From positions 49,848,001-49,912,000 of the forward strand of contig OZ024743.1 of assembly GCA_964016885.1 (NCBI GenBank): a DNA stretch of 64,000 nucleotides. The letters are read 5' to 3'. The DNA comes from Eledone cirrhosa (taxonomy: Eukaryota). Made by a program: the position numbers and the translations under genes. The notes under the pieces were generated by a model. That model ran no database searches, was not told where the DNA came from, and worked only from the letters and a program-made list of their open reading frames with translations. Every line of letters starts with the position of its first letter. Position 1 is the first letter of the stretch. Shown here one piece after another: positions 12,527 to 24,834 of this stretch.

Positions 12527-15389
12527 TAGACGGATTAGCACTTTAGTTAAGCAGCACTTGACGGGGACCATTATCAACAACAGATGGTGGTACTCTATCA
12601 AGAGGGTAGTTAGATTAGACTCGATAGGTTTTAGTAAAGAATTAGTGTTAGATAGAAATATGATCCAAAAGGAACTGGTAGATAAAGTAGAAGAGGCACT
12701 TAGGAGTGGCAACGTAGCCAGCGTGTTAGCGACGAGAACGGCCTTGGACCAGTTCTTCGACGCAAAGAACGAAGGCTGCGTTGTCAGGAGCAAAATACGT
12801 GCTCTGGGAAACGAGGGAGCCAAAGCTGTTAGCTGGGCCCGAGTGACGGAGGCGAAAAGTGGCAACAACTACACGATTCGGTCTTTGAAGGACCAAGACG
12901 GACGCGTTGTACGTGAGCCGGAGCAGATGTACGCGGCCTTTCAGCGGCACTTTGCTCAACTATTCGGGCAGGGCGCCGCGCCGGGAGGGGGTATGCATTT
13001 CAGTCCATACCTTGACGGCCTGCCGCGACTCTCGGACAGCGAGGCGAAGTTCTGCGAAAGGCCGATTTCAGCCGCTGAGATGGGGGACGTGCTGAGCCAA
13101 TGCGGCAAACGCAAATCTCCAGGTCTCGACGGTCTACCCTACGAATTTTACGTAGCAATGCCGGACTTGTTCTCCGGTCTTCTGGAAGCGGTCTACTGCA
13201 ACTGGCAGCAGAACGGGAGAATTCCCAGTTCTGTGATCGGGGGCGTAGGCACGTTAGTCGGGAAGGACGAGAATAAGGGGGATGACATAGGCAAATTCCG
13301 GCCCATAACTCTGCTAAACACAGAGCTACAGATATTGGCCAAGGTGTTGGCAAAGAGGCTGGCGCTTGTCGTCGAAAACCTGGTGGGAGAAGTGCAGACA
13401 TGCGCTTCCCGACCAGGTCCATACACGACAACCTCCACCTCATGCGATACGTCATAGAGAGGGTAGGGTGTAAACCCGACTTCGGTAGGGCCCTGATCAA
13501 CATGGATCAGTCTAAGGCTTTCGATAGAGTTGACCAACGTTACCTGGATGCGGTGCTCGAGGCAGCAGGCTTCGGACCCGTGTTCAGGGGCTGCATTGCT
13601 GCAATGTACAGCAGCAACATCTTCTCAAGGGTCAAGGTGAAAGGCTACCTCTCGGAGCCATTCCATATCACGCGATCCATCCGACTACGATGCCCTCTCC
13701 CCTCCCTTCTGTACGTACTGACTCTCGAGCCACTACTGCGGAAGTTGGAGCTATTGCAGGGCATCCCTTTGGAACCGGAACTGCGAAAAGTGGCGTCGGC
13801 CTACACCGACGACGTAACAGTAATGGTGTCGAGCACCTCGCAAATCGGGGAGGTCGGCACCTTACTGGAGGAATACGAAAGCTTCACAGGAGCGAAGCTG
13901 AACCGGGACAAATCTGTCGGTTTGCAACTCGGAACGTGGATAGGCAAACCGATGCCTTCTGATGGCGTCGTCGGACGCTGGACAGCAGGACCGGTAAAGC
14001 TGCTCGGGATCTGGTTTGGTCTGGACCTCCAGGTGGAGAAGAACTGGAACGAGGTGACGGCCAAGGTATTTGCGCTCACCCAGAAGTGGGCCGAGTGCAA
14101 ACTATCCTTGAAAGGTCGAGCGGAGGTGGCGAACACTTTTATAGCGTCCGTCATCTACTACCACTTGACCGTCGTGTCTTGTCCAGCCAAAACGCACACC
14201 AAAATGGAGCGCGCGCTCTTCCAATTCCTTTGGAAGAAACGGGCTCCTTTGGTGAGAAGATCCATCTGCTGCCAACACCCTTTAAACGGAGGGTTGGGGA
14301 TGCCGTGGCTGACGATGCGCAAACACGCACCTCCATGTATTCCTCACCGGACAACCGGTGTGGGCCCCGTTCGTGAAGCGAGCCTTTCCACGACTCGTCT
14401 CGCTTACCGAGCTACAGTCCTGGGTCAGACAAAGACCTAGGAAAATGGGCGACTGGCACATCGAATGTGCTCAGGCGCTCACAGCCCTCTGGCAAACGGA
14501 CCCGGCGATCATTGGAGACTCCACTTCGTCATTCTATAGAGGGTTGGTCCGCAGCAAGTGCGACGACGCGCTCGGAGAAACTCTGGGCGCAGAGGAGGAC
14601 GAACTGGCCAGTCTGTTCGGTAGGACCTTCCGCCCGGGACCGATGGACAGCTTCCCAAAGTCCCTGGCCTGGCAGTGCTACCGAGGAGCTCTACCAGTTC
14701 GAGACAAGCTCTACAGACACGGGCGCCCGGGCAGGGACTTTTCGAAAAAGATCTGTCCGAGATGCGTGCGCGACGAGGAAACTGTCGCGCACGCATTTGT
14801 ACACTGCCCGGACGTCACCGACCTGTGGAGCTATGAAGAACGACTATTGTCGCGGGTGGGACCAATCCAGTTGACCACCGAGTACATTGTCATGATCAAA
14901 CCGCCACCCTCCTTCAAAAACGAGGTAGAGGCGGTTTTCCTATGTGTTATGGCTATGGTGAAAGAGGTTATATGGTGGACGAGGTTAAAAGGGCTGAGGT
15001 CAGACACCTTTCTCTCCGGCCAACAACTGATTCGGTTTTTCAAATATCATTTTGGAAGAAGAATCAGGATGGAGAGAGAGGTGCTGTACCCCAGCAAATT
15101 TTATAAAAGGTGGGTGAATGTGGCAAAGATGGCCCGAGTGGTTGGGCCTTCTCTCTCTATAAGCCTGTAGGTTGAGGAAAAAGAGGAAGGGAGTGCTCAC
15201 TCTTGGTGCTCCTGGAGATGAGGGTTGTACATTTTTCGGGGTGTGTACAACTCCTGTGCAACGCCTCCCCTATTAGGGATTTCAATTGTTATTTGTTTTA
15301 TTAATAGTTTTATTTTCATATACCTGTATGTAAACTCCCCATTTGTATTTGTCCCCTTCTTTTGTGCCCTTGTGGCTAATAAAGAAATT
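12527..15389 (+). mobile_element. Tx1-like family B copy B1, 5'-truncated within ORF2, frameshifted
   Basis: ORFs 12483-13457, 13400-14440 and 14358-15170 (RT with YTDD, CCHC). Ends AATAAAGAAATT, then a tetranucleotide tract at 15390-15424. Confidence 0.92.
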
Positions 15390-15424
15390 TATCTGTCCAC
15401 CTATCTATCTGTCTGTCTATCTAT

Positions 15425-18400
15425 GCTGGCTCATAGCTGGCTTCATCAATCCAGCGAATGACAACGTGATTTCCATTGGGAAAACCACAGGCAATGCGTT
15501 CAGTGGAACAGGTATAGAACTTGTAGTGCAAATGAAGCCTGAACGCATTGCCCAAATACCCGACAGAATCCTATTAGGGGGCCACGGGTATATAAACATT
15601 AGCGTGGAGGGGAGAAGGCCGTCCTGTCATATCTGTGCAGGCAGAGGGCACCTGAAGGCGGCTTGTCCCCAACTCAACAAGAAGAAAACCCTGCTACCAA
15701 CACCAGCTCCACCACCACCACAACAGATAAACAAACAACAAAACTCAGTCCCACCCAACCCGTCCCTCAGTAAAACTACACCACCACCACAACACAAACA
15801 GTCACAACACCTTACCCAAAAACAAAACACAGTCCCACCCAACCCCTCACTCAATAAAACAACACAACCACCGCAGCCACAACACACAACACAGTCTAAC
15901 ATAGTGACATCCATCTCCCCCACAGAGAAAACCAACACGGAAATAATACCAGCAAACATACCTCTTCCCTCCAACACTGAAGATAACCCAACGAATTAGG
16001 AGGAAGAAACGGAGTCCTTCAGACAGATTAAAAGGAAAAAAAGAAAACATGTGCAAAACACACAAAGCCAAACAACCCCTACCCAAATGTCAACACAATC
16101 CAACAAAACACAAAACACCCCTCCAGCAACAAACAAAACCAAACCTGCCCCTCCCCTCTTCGAAACACTCACACCATCCGAAAAAAAGACATTACACTAT
16201 ACTTACATCAACAGAAACAATAATAAATTAAATGAACTCATAAACAATAACCCTTCGGTACAAACCGAAGGGGTAAACTTTGTTTCTTCAGAAAACTACT
16301 CACATTTAAAATTAATAAAGATCCCAATGAACCTCTACCAAAAACTAAAAAAGGATTTTAAGGAGGACGTAGGACCACCCTCTGTCAAACCCATAAACCG
16401 CGTCCTACTAAAAAGCTTTCCCCCTCCCCTTCCCCTCCCCAACACAACTCCAAACACTGACGACCCCACACCACCACAAGACACCCCTTCACCCAACACC
16501 CCCTACCCCATGGAAGTCGTGCGACCCGAACCCCGGGAAGCAGAAAGGTAGGTCTCTACACTCTCCTTTGGCTTTGCCGCCCACATGGATGTGTTAAGAG
16601 TAGGATGTTTGAATGCACGTGGCCTGGGCTCAACTTGGAAGCAAGCAAAGCTTCTAAATGACCTCAGGTCACGTGGTATAAATGTAATGGTTATCTGTGA
16701 GACTCGGATCAGCGTCGTGCGGCAGCTGGCCCCTACCTTCGATGACTTTGAGGTGCATGCATCTCTCTGTCAACCTGGAGGTGGGGGTGGGGTTATCGTA
16801 CTGCTGGAAAAACACCTGGGTCTCACCGTACAGGTTGTTCACTCGGACCCGGAGGGTCGTTTGTTGGTGCTAGACGTTGGCAGTAGTGAAGGTGCGGCCT
16901 TGAGACTGGTCGCCATCTACTCCCCTTTCGGAGCTGAACGGCCCTACTTCTTCCAGCGTTTGGAGACTTTTCTGGGAACGTCGTGTTCCCTGCTTCTAGC
17001 GGGGGATTGGAATGACATCCTAGATGCACGTTGGGACTATGCAGGAGCATGTCCTAATAGAGGGGGGTGTAACAGCCTCAAGGGGTTACTCGACCGTTTT
17101 AACTTGGTCGATAGATATCGACTAGATTTTCCAACTGTGTCAACCTGGACTTGGACGAACCATAGTGGTCAATATAGATCGTATTTAGATATATTCTTAG
17201 TTAGAAGTAAGGATAGGGACATATTAAGCTGTCCAGAAATGCTCACGGTTGGCTATACGGATCACAAATTAGTGACCTGCGTAGTCAATCTCGAGAAAAC
17301 ACATAAACAGGGTCCCGGCTACTGGAAACTTAATTTGTCTTTAGCGGCAAAAGAGACTTACAGAAACCGGATTAGCAGATTAGTTAAGGAGAGGTTGACG
17401 GGTGCAATCGTCAACAACCGATGGTGGGCATCTCTCAAAAGAGAGATTAGAACAGAATCAATAAGTTATAGCAAGATGTTAGCTGCCGATAGGAATAGAA
17501 ACGAGAAAGAATTAACAGGTAAATCAGAAGAGGCAATCAAGAGCGAAGATGTGGCCAGAGTGCTGGCATCGAGGACGGCCTTGAGCCAGTTTTTCGATGC
17601 AAAGCACGAAGGCTGCGTCATTCGAAGTAAAATACGTGCTCTAGGTAATGAGGGGGCCAAAGCCGTTGGCTGGGCCCGCGTGACAGAAGCTAAGAGTGGA
17701 AATCGATCCACCATCCGGTCTTTGCAAGACGAGGATGGACGGGTGATCCGGGAGCCTAAGCAGATGTGCGAGGCCTTTCAAAGGCACTTTGCCCGATTAT
17801 TCGGGGGAGGCGAGGGTCCGGGCGGGGACGTGGATTTCGGTCCATACCTCGACGGCCTGCCGCGTCTCTCGAGCGAAGAGGCAGAGTCCTGCGAGGGACC
17901 AATCTCAGCTGATGAGATCGGGGATGCGCTGAGCCAATGCAGCAGACGCAAATCTCCAGGTCTCGATTGTATACCTTACGAACTTTATTTAGCAATGCCG
18001 GTCTTCGTCTCCGAACTCCTCGAAGCGGTCTACTGCAATTGGCAGCAGAACGGGAGAATTCCTTGTTCTGTAGCCAAGGGCGTAGTCTCGCTGGTGAGGA
18101 AGGACGAGAACAAGGAGGATAGTATAAATAATTTTCGGCCCATAACCCTGCTAAACACAGAGTTAAAGATTTTGGCCAAGGTGTTAGCAAAGAGGTTGGC
18201 GCTTGTCGTGGGTGGCCTGGTGGGAGATGCGCAGACTTGTGCTATCCCATCCAGGTCCATTCACGATAACCTCCACCTCATGCGATACATCATAGAGAGG
18301 GTTGGGAACAAACCCGGCTTCGGTGGGGCCCTGATCAACTTGGATCAGTCTAAGGCGTTCGATAGGGTCGACCATGGTTACCTGGATGCGGTGCTAGCGG

Positions 18401-20238
18401 CGGCTGGGTTCGGTCCTGTTTTCAGAGGCTGGATCACTGCCTTACATAGCAACCACATCTGTTCTAGGATCAAGGTGAACGGCTACCTTTCGAAGCCGTT
18501 CGAAATCACACGATCCATTGGACAGGGGTGCCCTCTCTCCTCCCTTCTGTACGTACTGACTCTCGAGCCTTTGCTGAGGAAGTTGGAGTTGTTGCAGGGT
18601 ATCCCCCTGGAACCAGGATTGAGCAAAGCGGTGTCGGCCTACGCCGATGACGTAACAGTAATGGTATCGACCGACTCGGAGATCGAGGCGATCGGTACCT
18701 TACTGGAGGATTACGAAAGGTTGTCAGGAGCGAAACTGAACCGGGAAAAATCCATCGGGCTGCAACTCGGAACGTGGAGAGGCAGACCGATGCCTCCCGA
18801 CGGTGTCGTCGGACACTGGACGGAGAGCCCGGTGAAGTTGCTTGGGGTCTGGTTTGGACCGGACCTCCAGGTGGAAAAGAACTGGACGAGGTTACGAACA
18901 AGGTGTTTGCACTAACCCAGAAATGGGCCAAGTGTAAGCTGTCCCTAAAAGGTCGGGCGGACGTGGCGAACATTTACATAGCGTCCGTCACTTACTACCG
19001 CCTGACTGTCGTGCCTTGCCCTAAGGAAACACTCACCACCATGGAACGCATGCTCTTCCAATTTCTTTGGAAGAAGCGCCCTCCTATGGTGAGAAGATCC
19101 ATCTGCTGCCAACAACCTTCGAAAAGAGGGCTGGGGTTGCCGTGGTTGATGATGCGTAGGCACGCATTAAGGCTACGGCACCTACAGGTATTCCTCACTG
19201 GTCAACCGGTGTGGGCTCCGTTCGTGAAACGAGTCTTTCCGAGACACGTCTCGCTCACCGAGCTGCAGTCCTGGGTCAAGCAAAGATCCGGAAAACTGGG
19301 AGACTGGCACACTGGGTGTGCCCAGGCGCTCAGGGCTCTCTGGAAAGCGGGCCCGGCCATCGGTGGAGAATCCACCTCATCATTCTATAGAGGGATGGTG
19401 GCTAGCAGGGGCGATGACACCCTTGGAGAGTCGCTGGACATGGAAGAGGTCGAACTGGCCAGCCTGTTCGGTAGGATTTTCGGCCCGGGACCAATGGACA
19501 ACTTCCAGATGTCCTTGGCCTGGCAGTGCTACCGGGGGGCTCTACCCGTTCGAGAGAGGCTCTACAGACACGGGCACCCGGGCAGGGATCCCTCGAAAAA
19601 GATTTGCCCTAGATGCGTGCGTCACGAAGAAACCGTTGCGCACGCATTGGTGCAATGTCCGGGCGTGGCTGATCTGTGAGGCTACGCCGAACGACTGCTG
19701 TCGCGGGTGGCGCCGATTCGATTGACCGCCGAGTCCGTGATGACAATCAAACCGCCTCCCCTCTTCACAAAGGAAGCAAAGGCGGTTTTTCTGTGCGTAA
19801 TAGCCATGTTGAAAGAGGTTGTTTGGTGGACACGATTGAAAGGTCTGAGGTCAGGCAACTTCCTCTCTGGCCATAGTCTGGTCTACTTCTTCCGATATCA
19901 CTTCGGAAGAAGGATAAGAATGGAGAGAGAGGTGCTTGGCCACAGGCAGTTTTATGAAAGGTGGGTGATAGTGGCGAGAATGGCTCGTGTAAATGGGCCT
20001 TCTCTGTATACCATCCTGTAGGTAAAGAAGTAAAGGAGAGGGGAGCACCTTCTCCATGTGCTACCCGGGCAAAGGATTGCACACTTTTTCGGGGGTGTGT
20101 GCAACCCCCATCACGTCCCCTCCCTTTTGAGGTTGTTTTCGATTATTTTCATTTTATACCCTTTTTACTCGGTTTTATGTAAACTCCCCCTTTGTATTTG
20201 TCCCTTCTGTTTATGCCTTTATGGTAAATAAAGAAATA
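15425..20238 (+). mobile_element. Tx1-like family B copy B2, truncated within ORF1
   Basis: ORF1 part 15425-16551 (CHICAGRGHLKAAC) and ORF2 16585-20021. Ends AATAAAGAAATA-TATCT. Confidence 0.93.
16585..20021 (+). pseudogene. B2 ORF2 (APE-RT-CCHC), full length with one frameshift (~18885) and one stop (19677-19679)
   Basis: ORFs 16585-18915, 18774-19679 and 19707-20021. Motifs CLNARG, GDWN, TDHK, YADD. Confidence 0.92.
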
Positions 20239-20854
20239 TATCTGTCCACCTATCTGTCTGTCTATCTGTCCACCTGTCTGTCTATCTGTCTATATGTCCA
20301 CCTGTCTATCTGTCTGTCTATCTGTCTGTCTATCTGTCCACCTATCTGTCTGTCTATCTGTCCACCTGTCTGTCTATCTGTCTATCTGTCTGTCTATCTG
20401 TCCACCTGTCTATCTGTCTGCTATCTGTCCACCTGTCTATCTGTCTGTCTATCTGTCCACCTATCTGTCTGTCTGTCTATCTGTCTGTCTATCTGTCCAC
20501 CTGTCTATCTGTCTGTCTATATGTCCACCTGTCTATCTGTCTGTCTATCTGTCCACCTATCTATCTGTCCACCTATCTGTCCACCTGTCTATCTGTCTGT
20601 CTATCTGTCTGTCTATATGTCCACCTGTCTATCTGTCGGTCTATCTGTCTGTCTATATGTCCACCTGTCTATCTGTCTGTCTATCTGTCCACCTATCTAT
20701 CAGTCTGTCTATCTGTCCACCTATCTGTCCACCTGTCTATCTGTCTGTCTATCTGTCCACCTATCTATCTGTCTGTCTATCTGTCCACCTATCTATCTGT
20801 CTGTCTCTCTGTCCACCTGTCTATCTGTCTGTCTCTCTGTCCACCTATCTGTCC
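20239..20854. repeat. ~0.6-kb compound (TCTA/TCTG/TCCA/CCTG)n tract (GATA/GACA type)
   Basis: Direct reading. Confidence 0.96.
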
Positions 20855-21530
20855 CAGATGCGTGTGCGACGAGGAAACCGTTGCACACGCATTGGTACAC
20901 TGCTCGGGCGTAGCTGATCTGTGGGGCTATGTCGAACAACTGCTGTCAAGGGTGGGACCGATCCGGTTGACCACCGAGTCTATTGTAATGATCAAGCCGC
21001 CTCCCCCCTTCAAAGATGAAGCAGAAGCGGTGTTTCTGTGCGTAATAGCCATGGCGAAAGAGGTTGTATGGTGGACGCGTCTGAAAGGACTGAGGTCAGG
21101 CACCTTTCTCTCTGGCCAACAACTGGTCCGTTTCTTCCGATATCATTTCGGAAGAAGGATCAGGATGGAGAGAGAGGTGCTGCACCCCAGTCGTTTTTAT
21201 GAAAGGTGGGTGAAAGTGGCGAGAATGGCCCGTGTGAATGGGCCTTCTCTTTACATAAGCCTGTAGGTGGAAAAGAGGAAGGAACGAGGGAGCACCCCTT
21301 CTCTGTGCTCCTGAGGAAAAGGGTTGCACACTTTTTTCGGGGGTGTGTGCGACCCCCCAAGGCGCCTCCTCTCTATTGAGGATTTTGTTATAAATTTTAT
21401 TTTTTGTTATATCTTATTTTATTTTTATATTTTGTTATTGCCTCCTCCTTATTGAGGACGCCTTTTTGTGTAAACTCCCCCCTTTGTACTTGTCCCACTT
21501 TTGATGCCCTAGTGGCAAATAAAAGAAACA
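20847..21530 (+). mobile_element. Tx1-like family B copy B3, short 3' fragment
   Basis: ORF 20862-21266 plus 3' UTR. The 5' junction shares ATCTGTCC with the microsatellite. Confidence 0.92.
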
Positions 21531-21556
21531 TATCTATCTAGTTTGTCTATCTATCT

Positions 21557-24500
21557 GGGATGGACACACGCGTATAACTTGCTGAGTAAGTTCTGTTTAA
21601 ATTTCTATAGAAATTCTTGTCTGATAACTTTAATTTTTGTACCATTTTGTATGGGGATGCCGTGGCTAATGATGCGTAAACACGCATTAAGGCTACGGCA
21701 CCTCTACGTATTCCTCACCGGACAACCGGTGTGGGCCTCGTTTGTGAGACGAACCTTTCCCAGACTCGTCTCACTCACCGAGCTGCAATCCTGGGTCAAG
21801 CAAAGACCGAGAAAACTGGGCGCCTGGCACACTGAGTGTGCCCAGGCGCTCACCGCCCTCTGGCAGGCGGATCCGGTTATCAGTGGAGACTCCACCGCAA
21901 CATTCTATAGAGGGCTGGTACGCAGCAGGTGCGACGACGCCCTCGGAGAAGCCCTAGACATGGAGGAGGACGAACTGGCCGGCCTGTTCGGTAGGACATT
22001 CAGCCCGGGACCTATGGACAACTTCCAGAAGTCCCTGGCCTGGCAGTGCTACCGAGGGGCTTTACCCGTTCGAGAAAGGCTCTACAGACACGGGCGCCCG
22101 GGTAGGGACCCCGCCAAAAAGATCTGTCCCAGATGCGTGTGCGACGAGGAAACCGTTGCACACGCATTGGTACACTGCTCGGGCGTAGCCGATCTGTGGG
22201 GCGATGTCGAACAACTGCTGTCAAGGATGGGACCGATCCGGTTGACCACCGAGTCTATTGTAATGATCAAGCCGCCTCCCCCCTTCAAAGATGAAGCAGA
22301 GGCGGTGTTTCGGTCCATACCTCGACGGCCTGCCGCGCCTCTCGGACAGGGAGGCGAAGTCCTGCGAGGAGCCGATTTCGGCCGCTGAGATAGAGGACGT
22401 GCTGAGCCAATGCGGCAAACGCAAATCCCCGGGTCTCGATGGTCTTCCTTACGAATTATATCTAGCTATGCCGGACTTGTTCCCCGATCTCCTCGAGGCG
22501 GTCTACTGCAACTGGCAACAGAACGGGAGAATTCCCTGTACTGTGACCAAGGGCGTAGTCACGCTAGTGAGGAAGGACGAGAACAAGGGGGACGAAATAA
22601 GTAACTTCAGGCCCATAACTCTGCTAAATACAGAGTTACAGATTTTGGCCAAGGTGCTAGCAAAGAGGTTGGCGCTTGTCGTGGGCAACCTGGTGGGAGA
22701 TGCGCAGACATGCGCTATCCCGTCCAGGTCCATCCATGACAACCTCCACCTCATGCGATACAACATAGAGAGGGTTGGGAACGAACCCGGCTTTGGTGGG
22801 GCTCTGATCAACTTGGATCAATCTAAGGCGTTCGATAGGGTCGACCATGGTTACCTGGATGCGGTGCTAGCGGCGGCAGGCTTCGGACCCGTTTTCAGGG
22901 GTTGGATCACTGCTATGCACAGCAGCCGCATCTGCTCTAGGGTCAAGGTGAACGGCTACCTCTCGGAGCCGTTCAAAATCGCGCGGTCCATCCGACAAGG
23001 GTGCCCTCTCTCCTCCCTTCTGTATGTGTTGACTCTCGAGCCACTACTGCGGAAGTTGGAGTTGTTGCAGGGCATCCCTTTGGAACCGGGATTGCGGAAA
23101 GCGGTGTCGGCCTACGCCGATGATGTGACAGTAATGGTGTCGACGGCCTCCGAAATCGAGGCGGTCGGCACCTTACTGGAGGAGTACGAAAAGTTCACAG
23201 GGGCTAAGCTGAACCGGGACAAGTCGATCGGTTTGCAACTCGGCACGTGGAGGGGTAGACCGATGCCCTCCGATGGCGTCGTCGGACGCTGGACGGAGGG
23301 CCCGGTGAAGTTGCTCGGGGTCTGGTTCGGACCGGACCTCCAGGTGGAGAAAAACTGGGCGGAGGTTACGAACAGGGTGTTTGCACTGACCCAGAAGTGG
23401 GCCAGTTGCAAACTATCCCTGAAAGGTCGGGCGGAGGTGGCGAACACCTACATAGCGTCCGTCATCTACTACCGCCTGACCGTAGTGCCCTGCCCAAGGG
23501 AAACCCTCACCAAGATGGAGCGCGCGCTCTTCCAATTCCTTTGGAAGAGGCGGGCTCCTATGGTGAGGAGATCCATCTGCTGTCAACACCCTTCGAAAGG
23601 AGGGCTGGGGATGCCGTGGCTAATGATGCGTAAACACGCATTAAGGCTACGGCACCTCTACGTATTCCTCACCGGACAACTGGTGTGGGCCTCGTTTGTG
23701 AGACGAACCTTTCCCAGACTCGTCTCACTCACTGCAATCCTGGGTCAAGCAAAGACCGAGAAAACTGGGCGCCTGGCACACTGAGTGTGCCCATGCGCTC
23801 ACCGCCCTCTGGCAGGCGGATCCGGTTATCAGTGGAGACTCCACCGCAACATTCTATAGAGGGTTGGTACGCAGCAGGTGCGACGACGCCCTCGGAGAAG
23901 CCCTAGACATGGAGGAGGACGAACTGGCCAGCCTGTTCGGTAGGACATTCAGCCCGGGACCTATGGACAACTTCCAGAAGTCCCTGGCCTGGCAGTGCTA
24001 CCGAGGGGCTTTACCCGTTCGAGAAAGGCTCTACAGACACGGGCGCCCGGGTAGGGACCCCGCCAAAAAGATCTGTCCCAGATGCGTGTGCGACGAGGAA
24101 ACCGTTGCACACGCATTGGTACACTGCTCGGGCGTAGCCGATCTGTGGGGCTATGTCGAACAACTGCTGTCAAGGGTGGGACCGATCCGGTTGACCACCG
24201 AGTCTATTGTAATGATCAAGCCGCCTCCCCCCTTCAAAGATGAAGCAGAGGCGGTGTTTCTGTGCGTAATAGCCATGGCGAAAGAGGTTGTATGGTGGAC
24301 GCGTCTGAAAGGACTGAGGTCAGGCACCTTTCTCTCTGGCCAACAACTGGTCCGTTTCTTCCGATATCATTTCGGAAGAAGGATCAGGATGGAGAGAGAG
24401 GTGCTGCACCCCAGCCGTTTCTATGAAAGATGGGTGAAAGTGGCGAGAATGGCCCGTGTGAATGAGCCTTCACTCTACATCAGACTATAGGTGAGGAAGA

Positions 24501-24754
24501 TGAAAGACCAAGGGAGCACCCCTTCTCTGTGCTCCTGAGGAGAAGGGTTGCACACTTTTTTCGGGGGTGTGTGCGACCCCCCAAGGCGCCTCCTCTCTAT
24601 TGAGGATTTTGCTAAAAATTTAATTTTTTGTTATATCTTATTTTATTTTTATATTTTGTTATTGCCTCCTCCTTATTGAGGACGCCTTTTTGTGTAAACT
24701 CCCCCCTTTGTACTTGTCCCACTTTTGATGCCCTAGTGGCAAATAAAAGAAACA
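21557..24754 (+). mobile_element. Tx1-like family B copy B4, rearranged (5' UTR + ORF2 3' segment + RT-to-3' end)
   Basis: 21557-21651 is homologous to the B5 5' UTR; 21652-22311 duplicates 23606-24260; ORFs 22291-23784 and 23864-24490. Followed by pure (TATC)n. Confidence 0.9.
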
Positions 24755-24833
<79 letters not shown>

Positions 24834-24834
24834 A
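24755..24834. repeat. Pure (TATC)n
   Basis: Direct reading. Confidence 0.98.

Noticed and set aside
20221-20917. 230-aa and 207-aa Cys/Leu/Ser repeat ORFs
   Set aside because: Translation of the tetranucleotide tract.
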